In this document: positions 7,517-17,264 of the stretch, in pieces
Numbering within the stretch: the first letter of the stretch is position 1
How the letters are laid out: the number at the start of each line of letters is the position of its first letter
Virus record (IMG/VR): IMGVR_UViG_3300037423_000838
Coordinates: 1-40,299 of that record
Source of the DNA: a virus
Lineage: Duplodnaviria > Caudoviricetes
Direction: 5' to 3' (one strand)
DNA: 40,299 nucleotides
Position numbers and translations under genes: made by a program
The notes under the pieces: model-generated
Databases searched by the model: none
The model's input: the letters and a program-made list of their open reading frames with translations, nothing else
What the model was told of the DNA's origin: nothing

Positions 7517-7649
7517 AGTAGTAGACATGTCTGATTGGGGTGAGGCTCAGAGATGGGCTGAAACTCATGGAGAAAATCCTGGTTTAGGGGATGCCATTTA
7601 TGACTCAGATGATGCAGAGGCCCTCAGGGCTTTCGGTACCAGGAATTAA
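7287..7649 (+). CDS. Putative membrane-anchored protein overlapping both neighbours
   Basis: N-terminal hydrophobic helix IFYVILGFLTLLMVLQALLTKFLVV; AAAGGA upstream; fills the gap before the portal. Confidence 0.55.
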   Translation: MTQSIFYVILGFLTLLMVLQALLTKFLVVKSTEALNKTISEQMNLINTMANKILSKDPLTYQQLETMNSSVSGLNSEVVDMSDWGEAQRWAETHGENPGLGDAIYDSDDAEALRAFGTRN

Positions 7650-9780
7650 TGAGATAATTCCGGACCCTAATGCAGCTGTAACACAGCTCACCCCTGATCA
7701 GGCTCGCTTTATTGCTAGCTGGACTAATAGTAATTATACAAAAGCTAAGAATGCCCGCCTAAAGTTTGAACGCCAGTGGTATCTTAATATGGCGTTCTAC
7801 TTTGGCAAGCAGAATTATATTATGAATGATATTAGGGGGATTGGAACTCGATTAATCCTTCCTCCTGCTCCTCCGTGGCGTGTTCGTCAGGTTGTTAATA
7901 GGGTTCGTCCTATTATTCGTGCGGAGCTTTCTAAGCTTGTTTCTCAGAAGCCTAGTGCTAGTGTAATCCCTGCCTCATCTGAGGATAAGGATTTATTTGC
8001 TGCTCAGGCTGGGGAACAAATTTGGGAGTCTATGTACGCTGCTAAGAATATTCAGCGTACTCTTAGGCGTTCATTGTGGTGGACCTGTATCACAGGTACT
8101 GGATACACAAAGACTTATTGGGATAATACAGTTATTGATAAGGTTTCAGGACAAGCAGGAGATATTTGCTATGATCCTGAGACTCCTTTTCATGTCTTAG
8201 TCCCTGATTTACGAGAAGAAGAGTTAGAGAATCAGCCTTTTTTGATTCACTCTTCAACTCGAACCCCTGAGTGGGTTAACATGCGTTATAAGGTTAGTCT
8301 TGACGGTAAGGAAGTTAAGCCTAACGCTAAGTCTAACAATGAGATTCTTGATGATGCCTTCTTGAATCTTCTTGGCTCTAACAATGATGACAATAACTCT
8401 GTACTGATTCACGAAGTTTATATCAAGCCTGGCCAAATTCCTAAGTTCCCCAATGGTGCTATGTTCACTGTGTCTGAAGACTTAGTGCTTCAGTTCTTTG
8501 ATCATTACCCCTACTCGCATGGGGAATACTGCTTTGCTAAGTTTGACCATATTCCTACTGGTCAGTTCTATGCAGACTCTGTCATCAATGACTTAATTCC
8601 TGTACAGCGTGAGTACAACAGAACTCGTAGTCAGATTATTGAAGCTAAAAACCGTATGGCTAAGCCTCAGTTAGCTGCTCCTGCAGGTTCTGTTGATGTT
8701 AAGAAAATGACTACAGAGCCAGGTCAGGTTATTGAATATAAGCCTGGTTTTACTCCTCCTCAGCCTATTCCGCTACAGGGACTTCCTTCTTATGTATTAC
8801 AGGAAATCCAGCAATTACAGCAGGATATGGATGATATCTCTGGACAGCATGAGGTTTCTCGTGGAGCGGTACCCCCTGGAGTTACGGCTGCTACGGCTAT
8901 TAGCTATCTTCAAGAACAAGATGATAGTAAGTTGGCAACAACTATTGATTCCGTTGAAGCGGGTATTGAAAAGATTGCGCGTCATACGCTCTCTTATGTT
9001 GCTCAGTATTGGGATATTCCTAGGCTCGTTAAAATTACCGGTACAGATGGTAGTTTTGATTCTGCTATGTTTGCTGGTGCTCAGCTCAACGGTAATACTG
9101 ATATTAGAGTTGAAGCAGGTTCGGCATTACCTACAAGCAAAGCCGCAAAACAAGCCTTAATTATGGACTTTATGAAGCTTGGGTTTATCCGGCCTGAAGA
9201 AGGAATGCAAATTCTCGAAATGGGCGGTATTACTAAGCTTTATGAGTCGGTGCAAATTGATCAGGCTCAGGCTCGCCGTGAGAACCTTAAAATGGCGAAT
9301 ATTGATCCTCAGATGATTATGCAGGATCTACAGCAGAAGACTATGGCAGCACAAACTGGTGTTGATCCAGAAACTGGTCAGCCTGTAGCCCCTAATATTA
9401 ATCCTCGCACTGGGGTTCCTAAAATCCCTGATCCGATTATTCCTGTTAACACTTGGGATAATCACGCAATTCACATCGACATGCATAACCGTTTCCGTAA
9501 GTCTCAAAGCTTTGAATCTTTAGACCCTATGAACCAGATGCTATTTGAAATTCACGTACAAAAGCACATGGAAGCTATTGCAGCTCCGCATATTGGTGGA
9601 CCGCCTACTCCTGAGATGATGATGAGTATTGCGGAACAGCAAGCTAATCAGCCTCCACCTTCTGATTCCCAAACTCCTATGGATCCTATGTCTGGAGAAA
9701 ACCCAGAGAATATGCAACAGCCTGGCCCGGAACCTATGCCTCCTGATAGTTCTCAGGGTGGGGGAGCGGAACCTTACTAA
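7591..9780 (+). CDS. Portal protein (podovirus type)
   Basis: 729 aa between terL and scaffold; VNRVRPII, LIPVQREYN, DISGQ..GVTAATAI..LQEQ motifs; Q/P-rich tail; start may be 7600. Confidence 0.9.
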   Translation: MPFMTQMMQRPSGLSVPGINEIIPDPNAAVTQLTPDQARFIASWTNSNYTKAKNARLKFERQWYLNMAFYFGKQNYIMNDIRGIGTRLILPPAPPWRVRQVVNRVRPIIRAELSKLVSQKPSASVIPASSEDKDLFAAQAGEQIWESMYAAKNIQRTLRRSLWWTCITGTGYTKTYWDNTVIDKVSGQAGDICYDPETPFHVLVPDLREEELENQPFLIHSSTRTPEWVNMRYKVSLDGKEVKPNAKSNNEILDDAFLNLLGSNNDDNNSVLIHEVYIKPGQIPKFPNGAMFTVSEDLVLQFFDHYPYSHGEYCFAKFDHIPTGQFYADSVINDLIPVQREYNRTRSQIIEAKNRMAKPQLAAPAGSVDVKKMTTEPGQVIEYKPGFTPPQPIPLQGLPSYVLQEIQQLQQDMDDISGQHEVSRGAVPPGVTAATAISYLQEQDDSKLATTIDSVEAGIEKIARHTLSYVAQYWDIPRLVKITGTDGSFDSAMFAGAQLNGNTDIRVEAGSALPTSKAAKQALIMDFMKLGFIRPEEGMQILEMGGITKLYESVQIDQAQARRENLKMANIDPQMIMQDLQQKTMAAQTGVDPETGQPVAPNINPRTGVPKIPDPIIPVNTWDNHAIHIDMHNRFRKSQSFESLDPMNQMLFEIHVQKHMEAIAAPHIGGPPTPEMMMSIAEQQANQPPPSDSQTPMDPMSGENPENMQQPGPEPMPPDSSQGGGAEPY

Positions 9781-9784
9781 GGGC

Positions 9785-9803
9785 TTGACACCGTAGATAC
9801 TCT
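9785..9803 (+). promoter_or_regulatory. Candidate late promoter TTGAC-N8-TACTCT
   Basis: In the gap upstream of scaffold/capsid; matches 6467 and 17015. Confidence 0.55.
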
Positions 9804-9853
9804 TAGAACAAGAGGCCAGGGCCACGTGTACAGCCTCGGAAAGTAGCAATATT

Positions 9854-10711
9854 ATGGGACAGTCAATTAATGATGGAGATCCGGGATTATCTCAAGGCCA
9901 GGATAGTACAGGTACCCCTCCTGTAGCTCCGGTACAAGAAGAAACAATTAACCCGGCTTGGAACCCATTATTAGAGCAGCTGCCTAGTAGTTTACATGGA
10001 ATGGTAACTCCTCACTTGAAGAAGTGGGATAAGAATTACCAAGAGGGTTTGCAAAAGGTACACTCCGAATATGAACCTTGGAAGCCTTTTATTGAGCATA
10101 AGCTCGATCCGAGTGCCCTGTATCAATCTTGGCAGGCTATTCAGAATCTAGAGGCTGATCCCCAGGGATTTGTTAAGGCTGTAATCGAGCACTATGGATT
10201 ACAGAATGTATTAACAGCAGTAGCGGAGCAGGGCCAGCAGCAGCCGCAAGCAAATAATGTGGGCGAAGAAACACTCGGAGAGTATGATTTCTCCCAGACT
10301 CCTGAATATCAGGCAATGTCTCAGGAGCTGCAGAGAACTACGGGTATGACTGAGCAAATGGCTCAGTTACTTTTAGCCCAGTATCAGCAGCAGCAGGAAA
10401 CAGAGGCTGATCAGCAAGTCGAGGCTGATTTACAGGCAGCTAAGCAAAAGCATGGGGAATTTAACGAAGAGTATGTGTTACAGCGTATGTATGCTACGGG
10501 CGAGACTATGGACGCAGCTGTAGCTAACTGGCAAGCACTTACTAATCAAATCCTCAGTCAGTCGCGTAATCCGTCTGCTGGTGCTCCCATTATTATGGGA
10601 TCAGGTGGAGGTACTCCTGCAGTTAATGCAGGGGATAAACTCAAGACACCCCAAGATCGCAGGGCATTTATTGCTCAGCAACTAGCTAACGCAGCCGCTA
10701 ATGGAGGATAG
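9854..10711 (+). CDS. Capsid scaffolding protein
   Basis: Acidic, Q-rich helical protein between portal and capsid, ending in a short helical segment. Confidence 0.8.
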   Translation: MGQSINDGDPGLSQGQDSTGTPPVAPVQEETINPAWNPLLEQLPSSLHGMVTPHLKKWDKNYQEGLQKVHSEYEPWKPFIEHKLDPSALYQSWQAIQNLEADPQGFVKAVIEHYGLQNVLTAVAEQGQQQPQANNVGEETLGEYDFSQTPEYQAMSQELQRTTGMTEQMAQLLLAQYQQQQETEADQQVEADLQAAKQKHGEFNEEYVLQRMYATGETMDAAVANWQALTNQILSQSRNPSAGAPIIMGSGGGTPAVNAGDKLKTPQDRRAFIAQQLANAAANGG

Positions 10712-10713
10712 AA

Positions 10714-11916
10714 ATGCCTGCTACTCTGGCAACAGTTTCTGCCCTTCTCAAGGAAGTTTATGAGAAGGACGTACAGGATCAGCTTAATAATGATACTGTA
10801 GGTTTAAAGCGCATCGAGAAAACTGCTGAAGGTGTTACTAATGAGGTTGGTGGACGTTATGTCGCCTTCCCGATTAGGACCGGACGTAACTCTGGTATCG
10901 GTGCTCGTAATGAGAATGAGGCGCTTCCTAGTGCGGGACAGCAGAAGACTGCTGCAGCCCGAGTGGGACTTAAGTACTTATATGGTTCAGTTCAGTTAAC
11001 TGGTCAGACTATTTCTCTGGCTGATAGTAACTTCCAGGCTTTTGCCTCTGCTCTCGATGAGGAAATGACTGGCCTTAAGCGAGACCTCGCTAAGGATATG
11101 AACCGACAGTTCTACGGTAACAACACTGGTGTTATGGCAACTGTTACTGCGGATGCTGCTAACACTGTTACTGTCTCTAATGCTCAGTACCTCGAAATTG
11201 GTATGCAGATTGATATCTACGCTGCAGACCTTACTACTGTTCGAGTTTCTGACCGACAGATTACTAACATTGTTCCGGGAACTGCTCCTGCAGCTACTAT
11301 TACTTACTCTGGCGCCGATGGTTCTGCTTCTATCGTTGCTACGGATGTAGTTGTTCGTAAGGGTAACATTAGCCGAGAGATCACTGGTCTTGCTTCTATT
11401 ATCAAGACTACTGGTACTCTGTACAATATTGACCCGGCTGTTGAACCGGTTTGGAAGGCTGTTGTTAATGCCAACGGTGGAACTCCTCGTGCATTAACTG
11501 AAGCTCTTATGATCCAGACTGTCGACCAGGTTCGTCAGAACGGTGGAAATACTACGGTTGGTTTAACTAGCCTTGGTGTCCGTCGCGCTTATTACAACCT
11601 GCTTAAGACGGATCGTCGATTTGTTAACACTCAGGAATTCGAGGGCGGCTTTAAGGGCCTCGCTTTCACCACTGATAATGGTGAGATTCCGATTGTTGTT
11701 GACGTGGATGCTCCTTATGGACAGATTCAGTTTGTTAATGAGAAGTCCATTAAGTGGTATCGTGAGAGTGACTGGTCTTGGATGAACCGTGATGGTTCTA
11801 ACCTGCAGCGCGTTATTGGTTTCGACGCTTACCAGGGAACTATGTATCAGTACTGTGAGATGGGTACGCACCGTCGTAATACTCACGCTGTTCTGGCGGA
11901 TATTACTGAGGGCTAA
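10714..11916 (+). CDS. Major capsid protein
   Basis: 400 aa after the scaffold; strong codon bias; ENEALP..GQQ and long spine helix (LKRDLAKDMNRQFYG); followed by a hairpin. Confidence 0.9.
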   Translation: MPATLATVSALLKEVYEKDVQDQLNNDTVGLKRIEKTAEGVTNEVGGRYVAFPIRTGRNSGIGARNENEALPSAGQQKTAAARVGLKYLYGSVQLTGQTISLADSNFQAFASALDEEMTGLKRDLAKDMNRQFYGNNTGVMATVTADAANTVTVSNAQYLEIGMQIDIYAADLTTVRVSDRQITNIVPGTAPAATITYSGADGSASIVATDVVVRKGNISREITGLASIIKTTGTLYNIDPAVEPVWKAVVNANGGTPRALTEALMIQTVDQVRQNGGNTTVGLTSLGVRRAYYNLLKTDRRFVNTQEFEGGFKGLAFTTDNGEIPIVVDVDAPYGQIQFVNEKSIKWYRESDWSWMNRDGSNLQRVIGFDAYQGTMYQYCEMGTHRRNTHAVLADITEG

Positions 11917-11942
11917 CCTCTAAATTAATACCCCTTAAACAA

Positions 11943-11974
11943 CAGGGCCCAGGTCTTCATTGGCCTGGGCCCTG
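11943..11974 (+). terminator. GC-rich hairpin after the capsid gene (terminator or stabiliser)
   Basis: 13-bp stem CAGGGCCCAGGTC/GGCCTGGGCCCTG with one G-U; weak U-tract. Confidence 0.7.
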
Positions 11975-11993
11975 AGTTCTATCTGGAGGAATT

Positions 11994-12422
11994 ATGCCCG
12001 TTATTATTGACTCAGCGGCTCGTAATGCTGCAGTTGATGCCATTACAGCGCGTATTGATAGTGGTTCTGGTCCTGGAGTATTACGTATCTATTCTGGTTC
12101 TCAGCCTGCTGGTCCTGGTTCTGCACCGACTGGAACTTTATTAGCTGAGTTTACTCTTTCTGATCCTTCTTTTGCAGCTGCTTCTGGTGGATCTGCAGCT
12201 CTAGATGTTACTCCTGCTGTTAACGATCCTCTAGCTAATAACAGTGGTACTGCAGGTTGGGCTAGGTTTTTAACTAGTACTGAAGCTGCAGGAACTGGCT
12301 TAGGTGTTATGGATGGTGCAGTGAGTACTTCAGGCCAAATGATTAACCTGGACAGTACTACGATTACTTCTGGTCAGCCTGTTACTATCAACTCCGGTTC
12401 TATTACGATGCCCGCGAGCTAA
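11994..12422 (+). CDS. Virion structural protein (decoration/fibre-base type)
   Basis: GGAGG RBS; ARNAAVDA..LRIYSGSQP..GTLLA..GTAGWAR pattern of small G/S/A/T-rich phage structural proteins. Confidence 0.65.
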   Translation: MPVIIDSAARNAAVDAITARIDSGSGPGVLRIYSGSQPAGPGSAPTGTLLAEFTLSDPSFAAASGGSAALDVTPAVNDPLANNSGTAGWARFLTSTEAAGTGLGVMDGAVSTSGQMINLDSTTITSGQPVTINSGSITMPAS

Positions 12423-12423
12423 T

Positions 12424-14418
12424 ATGCTTACTCTTGCTGATGCTGAGATTGCTTTCTATAAGACAGCTACAGGACAATCTGTTGGAACCATCAGTGACTT
12501 AGAATTCAAATACTACTCAGGTCTAAGTGGTTTAACTCCTGTAAATAGATATACTCTTCAAGATCATAAGAGAGCTTACTGGTCCGGCTTAACGGGTATT
12601 ACTAAGGCTAGCCTAGCTGACTTAGAAATGGCTTACCTTGATACCATCGGCATTGCTTATGGATCTCTGAATAATCGTAGATACTTGTTCTTTAATGGTG
12701 GTGGAGTTCCTCCAAGAACAGGTACTTTGGATGCAGTTCTGCCTCCGTTATCCGCTTCTTTCAACGGCTTTATTGGTCGTATGGGAGCTGTAGCCGCAAC
12801 ATTACCTCCGTTAACTGCTACCTTTAGTGGAACTACTGGAGGATTACTTCCTGTTCAGTTTATTGGTTCTACTTCTGGCTCTGTTGATAGTGCTACTAGC
12901 TTCACTGTAGCTTGGAATTCATTTGATGTAGCTCCTGCTGTTGGCGATGAAATTATTTTTATCTGGTCTGGCTTACAGACCTCAGTTATGTCACTACCCG
13001 CAGGATTCACTCATGTAGGGGCATCTCCTTATAGCGATGGAACTAACCTCAAGACTCTAGTTATTAAACGTAAGTATGATGGAACAGAGACGGGAAGCAT
13101 TTCATTTACTACAGATACAGCCCAACGAATGTCTTGTGTTGGTGTTGCTTATCGAGGTGTAGATGACGTATTACCTGCTACTACTCCGACTAACCCGCCT
13201 GTCACTACTGGTGGGGGTACAGTTGTTAATAACCACGTAATTCCTGCTATTACTCCTGGTACGGATAACCCAGTATTCCTTTACATTCACTCTGAGCGTG
13301 CTTCTGCTGGTAACTCTACGAGCACTGTTCCTGGTGGAGTCACTAAGCGAAAAGAAGCTAGCTTAGTAGGTACTGGTGGTACTTATCAGTGTGTTTCAGA
13401 TGATGGGTTAGTAACTGCTCATCCTAATGGAGTATTAGTAGCTTCACCTGGTAACTATGGAACTACTGTAGCCACTGGTCGTTATCACACATTCACATTA
13501 GCTTTAACTCGCGTCCCTTTTAGTCAGCCCCCAGTAGCTAATAATAAGCCACTAATGGGGGCATCTACAAGCAATAACACCAATTTTAATACATTAAATG
13601 GTGTTGCCGGTCCCCTGTCTTGTAGGCGCATCTTCTTAGGTAATATTGCAGCTTCTACAACTTGGCAAAACAGTGCTACTAGCCAGGAAACTGGTACAGG
13701 TAGAAGGTGTTACTTATCCTTCAAACCTACAAATATGACTACATTTGCTACAGATTTAACAGCTCAAGGAAACTTCTCTAACTTCTTAGATACCATTCCT
13801 GTAGACCAAGAAGTAGTTATTACTTGCTTCCATGAACCTGAGCAAGAGATTAATGCTGGACAGTTTACCTTAGCTCAATGGAAGGCTGCTGTTCAGAAGT
13901 GTGGAGAAATTATTCACAACAAGAACCGTCCTCTACTGAGAAATGCTTTCATTCTCATGGGTGGATGGAGCTTCGATAACAACAGTCCTTACAACGCTTA
14001 TGACTGGATTACTTGGTCTGATCCTAGTAAGATTGATGTTATTGGTATTGACCCTTACATTGAAACTTCTAACGATCCTTCTATCTCTACCATCTTAACA
14101 GTTAACAACTCTGGTAAGGGTTCTGGTTCTAATGACTCAGCTCTTACCAACCTCCTTACTATCAATAAGCCTTTCTTTATTGGAGAGTGGGGAGTCACTG
14201 AGACCAATAAGACTTTGACTCAGAAGGCTACAGAGATCACAAACTTCTATAACTGGATGAAGAATACTTGGAACCCTGCTCATCCTAACAATAAGTTTGA
14301 GGCTGCTATTTACTTTAATAACAACCTTGACGTACCCTCTGATCCTGATAGAACATGGGAATTACACGACGCACCGCTAGACGCATTTGTTGCGGCTTGC
14401 GCAGACTCTAGGACTTAA
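12424..14418 (+). CDS. Virion fibre/spike with C-terminal GH26-like (clan GH-A) glycoside hydrolase
   Basis: FHEPE (acid/base), IDVIGIDPY, KPFFIGEWG (nucleophile), AIYFN; N-terminal helical repeats; central beta-rich domain. Confidence 0.75.
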   Translation: MLTLADAEIAFYKTATGQSVGTISDLEFKYYSGLSGLTPVNRYTLQDHKRAYWSGLTGITKASLADLEMAYLDTIGIAYGSLNNRRYLFFNGGGVPPRTGTLDAVLPPLSASFNGFIGRMGAVAATLPPLTATFSGTTGGLLPVQFIGSTSGSVDSATSFTVAWNSFDVAPAVGDEIIFIWSGLQTSVMSLPAGFTHVGASPYSDGTNLKTLVIKRKYDGTETGSISFTTDTAQRMSCVGVAYRGVDDVLPATTPTNPPVTTGGGTVVNNHVIPAITPGTDNPVFLYIHSERASAGNSTSTVPGGVTKRKEASLVGTGGTYQCVSDDGLVTAHPNGVLVASPGNYGTTVATGRYHTFTLALTRVPFSQPPVANNKPLMGASTSNNTNFNTLNGVAGPLSCRRIFLGNIAASTTWQNSATSQETGTGRRCYLSFKPTNMTTFATDLTAQGNFSNFLDTIPVDQEVVITCFHEPEQEINAGQFTLAQWKAAVQKCGEIIHNKNRPLLRNAFILMGGWSFDNNSPYNAYDWITWSDPSKIDVIGIDPYIETSNDPSISTILTVNNSGKGSGSNDSALTNLLTINKPFFIGEWGVTETNKTLTQKATEITNFYNWMKNTWNPAHPNNKFEAAIYFNNNLDVPSDPDRTWELHDAPLDAFVAACADSRT

Positions 14419-14419
14419 T

Positions 14420-14848
14420 ATGGTTGTTTATGTTCCTACCGAGACCGGGCATTGGGTCAATGAGAACTTTGCCCGGCTTGCGGAGATCATTAGTGATTAT
14501 GATCCAGAAGTTCATTTAGCTTGGATTCCACCTGAGAATCGTACTGCATTTGATAAGAAGCCTTATGCTGTTATTCACATTAATGGTACTACAGGTAAGC
14601 AGTATGTATTCTTCTACCTTGAAGAGTCTGAGTTAGAGCGGTTTGATGTTGTTCTAGCTCGGCTCTTTAATGGTGATCTTAAGAATGGAGATCCCTTAGC
14701 TCGTATTGAAGCTGAGGAGAGAGCTAGAAAGCTCATGGAACTTAAGATTAAGATGGAGCAGGCCGAGGAACGTCAGGACTTCATCAAGTCTGTTGTGGGC
14801 TCAAAGAAGCATAGTTTCAAGCACAAGGGGCGGGTGATTCCTAAGTGA
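14420..14848 (+). CDS. Hypothetical protein in the head-tail module
   Basis: ATG 1 nt after the previous stop, AGGA upstream; GTGA overlap with the next gene. Confidence 0.7.
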   Translation: MVVYVPTETGHWVNENFARLAEIISDYDPEVHLAWIPPENRTAFDKKPYAVIHINGTTGKQYVFFYLEESELERFDVVLARLFNGDLKNGDPLARIEAEERARKLMELKIKMEQAEERQDFIKSVVGSKKHSFKHKGRVIPK

Positions 14849-15486
14849 TTGTTCAAGATGTTATCACTAGAGTTCAGAGGCAGTTTGGTGATGAAGCTTC
14901 TGTGCAAGTTACTTCTGACGATGTGATTCGTTGGATTAATGATGCACAGAAGGAAATTGCAGTTCAGAATGATTTAATGCAAGCAACTGCAACTGCTCCC
15001 TCCGTAGCTGGAGTTAATTCTTACACATTCCCCTCTGATATGCTGGGGCTTAATAAGCTCTTTTACAACAACTTGAAGCTTAGGTACTTAAGTCGTCAAG
15101 AGTATGATGCTTACGTAAACACTCAAGATCCCAATGAAGTAGCTAATGGTGATCCCCTTCTTTATACTCGATGGGGAAACCAGTATCTTGTCTATCCTAA
15201 ACCTCAATCTGTTGGAACATTTAAGCTCTTATATACTCAGAGGCCACCAGAAGTTGCTAATGGTGCCGATTCCCTGTCGCTCTCTTTAGAGTATCATCCT
15301 CGTATTGTTGAATTCTGTTTACGTCAAGCATATGAGATGGATGAAGACTGGGATGCTGCTGCAGTTAAGGCAACTCAGTTTGACTCTGGTTTGTCTATTC
15401 TGAAAGAAAATGAGTATAGTAAGGATAGGGAGACTTATCCTACGATTACTGTACTCCCTGAAGATTCGGGACTTTACTATGGCTAG
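14845..15486 (+). CDS. Head-to-tail adaptor (tail tubular protein A-like)
   Basis: VIRWINDAQKEI, GVNSYTFPSD, VYPKP pattern; typical size and position. Confidence 0.75.
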   Translation: MIVQDVITRVQRQFGDEASVQVTSDDVIRWINDAQKEIAVQNDLMQATATAPSVAGVNSYTFPSDMLGLNKLFYNNLKLRYLSRQEYDAYVNTQDPNEVANGDPLLYTRWGNQYLVYPKPQSVGTFKLLYTQRPPEVANGADSLSLSLEYHPRIVEFCLRQAYEMDEDWDAAAVKATQFDSGLSILKENEYSKDRETYPTITVLPEDSGLYYG

Positions 15487-17023
15487 TGGTGGAGAGCCTA
15501 TTAGGTTAGGTCCCTTTGTTGGTGGGATGAATATTCTTTCAGATCCTACTGCTCTCCAAGATACAGAATTAGTAGATGCTGTTAACGTTGATTTAGACCT
15601 TGATGGTTCATATATTGGTCGGCCGCCGTTCTTTACTTTAGCTTCGGCTGCTAGCGGTGGACATATGACACTTCTTGGTTACTATATTGATAACGCTACT
15701 CTGAGACTCATTGGTAAGAATACTTCTGGTATTTGGCATTATACTACAGGAGCTTGGTCTCTTATTGCTGGAACTGCTGGTGTAGATGGAGCAGCTTTAG
15801 TTCAGTATGATGATAAAGCTTGGATTGTTGCTTCTCCTTCATCAGCTAACCCAGGAGGATTTGTTGGACCTGGAGCTTCTTGGACTTCTGTAGCTGCTAT
15901 GCCAAAAGGTGGAGCTGCTGTAATACATAAAGAACGTATGTATATTGTTCCTGGTCCTCTTATTACAGGAGCTAACAGTACTCTCTTAAGATTCTCAGAC
16001 CCTGCTGATTTGAATACTTGGCCAGGCGGAAATGCTATCTTCATCAACAAGGGAGATGGAGAGAAGTTAGTAGACATTGTTGTTTACAACGATAACTTGT
16101 TGCTGTTTAAAGAAGACTCTACTTACGTACTAGCTTTTGATACTTCACCTTCTGATGCTATTAGTCGTAATATCAACTCCACCATTGGTGTTTCATCGAC
16201 TCACTGCGTAGTAGCTTATGAAAACTCTCTATATGTTTTACATGAAAACTGTGTCTATGAAGTAGTTAACTATGACTTTGCTAAGATCAACTCCAAGATG
16301 CCTCTTATGTACAATAACGCAGCTCCTGTTGGTGGTTGGTCTGATCCTTTCTTCTTAACTCTTCTAGGTGATCGACTAGTTGTTAAGTACTGGGATAAGC
16401 TGTACCTCTTTGGTCTTAAGACTAAGGTCTGGACTAGGTGGGATACTTCAACAGTAGGCAACCGTTATATTGGACCTGCTGTTCCAGTACCTATTAAAGA
16501 TGAAGCAAATGCTATTCCTCAGTATTTGATGAGTTCTTCAGCTGCTAGTAGTAACGCTATCTATGGCTTCAGAGATGTAATTGATACTCTTAACTCTGAA
16601 ACCATCCCTATCACTATTAAGACTAAGAATTATGACTTTGGTGTTCCTCATCGTTATAAGAGACTCTTCTGGTGGGGTGTAGATGTTACTACGATTGGAA
16701 CTCTTACAGGAACAGTACAGCCTATTATCGTAGGATTCGCTGTCACATGGGATCAGCTCTTTAATGGCTATCCTGCTATTACTTGGGACAATCTGAATAC
16801 TTGGGATCAGCCTTTAACTTTACCCGTAATTGTTCAAACTGTTACAGATGCTCAAGGTACTCCAAGAAAGTTTGCTAAATTCCTCAAATCACTTAGATTC
16901 CGACAGGCCAATTTTCAACTTGATCTGTCTTATGATGGGACTTCTCTTACTGGTCCCATTAGAATCTTCACTATCACTACTATTATTGGCACCAAGGAAC
17001 ATGTTTCAAAGTCCTTGACCTAA
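15479..17023 (+). CDS. Tail nozzle (tail tubular protein B / P22 gp10-like beta-propeller)
   Basis: GGMN start motif, LRFSDPAD..W, LLLFKE, KTKNYDFGVP..YKR; 514 aa after the adaptor. Confidence 0.75.
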   Translation: MASGGEPIRLGPFVGGMNILSDPTALQDTELVDAVNVDLDLDGSYIGRPPFFTLASAASGGHMTLLGYYIDNATLRLIGKNTSGIWHYTTGAWSLIAGTAGVDGAALVQYDDKAWIVASPSSANPGGFVGPGASWTSVAAMPKGGAAVIHKERMYIVPGPLITGANSTLLRFSDPADLNTWPGGNAIFINKGDGEKLVDIVVYNDNLLLFKEDSTYVLAFDTSPSDAISRNINSTIGVSSTHCVVAYENSLYVLHENCVYEVVNYDFAKINSKMPLMYNNAAPVGGWSDPFFLTLLGDRLVVKYWDKLYLFGLKTKVWTRWDTSTVGNRYIGPAVPVPIKDEANAIPQYLMSSSAASSNAIYGFRDVIDTLNSETIPITIKTKNYDFGVPHRYKRLFWWGVDVTTIGTLTGTVQPIIVGFAVTWDQLFNGYPAITWDNLNTWDQPLTLPVIVQTVTDAQGTPRKFAKFLKSLRFRQANFQLDLSYDGTSLTGPIRIFTITTIIGTKEHVSKSLT

Positions 17024-17033
17024 GGGATAGGAT
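17015..17033 (+). promoter_or_regulatory. Candidate late promoter TTGAC-N8-TAGGAT, possibly leaderless to ATG 17040
   Basis: ATG 6 nt after the -10 hexamer. Confidence 0.55.
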
Positions 17034-17039
17034 GGTAGT

Positions 17040-17264
17040 ATGGCTGGTGGATATAACGCCTACGCTGCTGGCTCTAAGGTTTATAACGGAGGGAGTTCTG
17101 CTCCTAATATCGGCCCTGTAGATAAGATGGGCTACAGGGAAAGAGACCTTAAGTACAAAGTCAGGCAAAGGCAAAATGCGATTCTAAGAAGGATGCAGGC
17201 AAGGCAGAAGGGTGATTATACTTCTTCTGCTAACTTAAGCGCTCCAATTGGGAGGACCGTTTAA
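17040..17264 (+). CDS. Small basic protein, probably virion core
   Basis: 74 aa, R/K-rich; TAATG coupling to the next gene. Confidence 0.65.
   Translation: MAGGYNAYAAGSKVYNGGSSAPNIGPVDKMGYRERDLKYKVRQRQNAILRRMQARQKGDYTSSANLSAPIGRTV

Noticed and set aside
7287-7649. Embedded spanin (Rz/Rz1) pair
   Set aside because: No lipobox, located in the head module, and the probable host is actinobacterial
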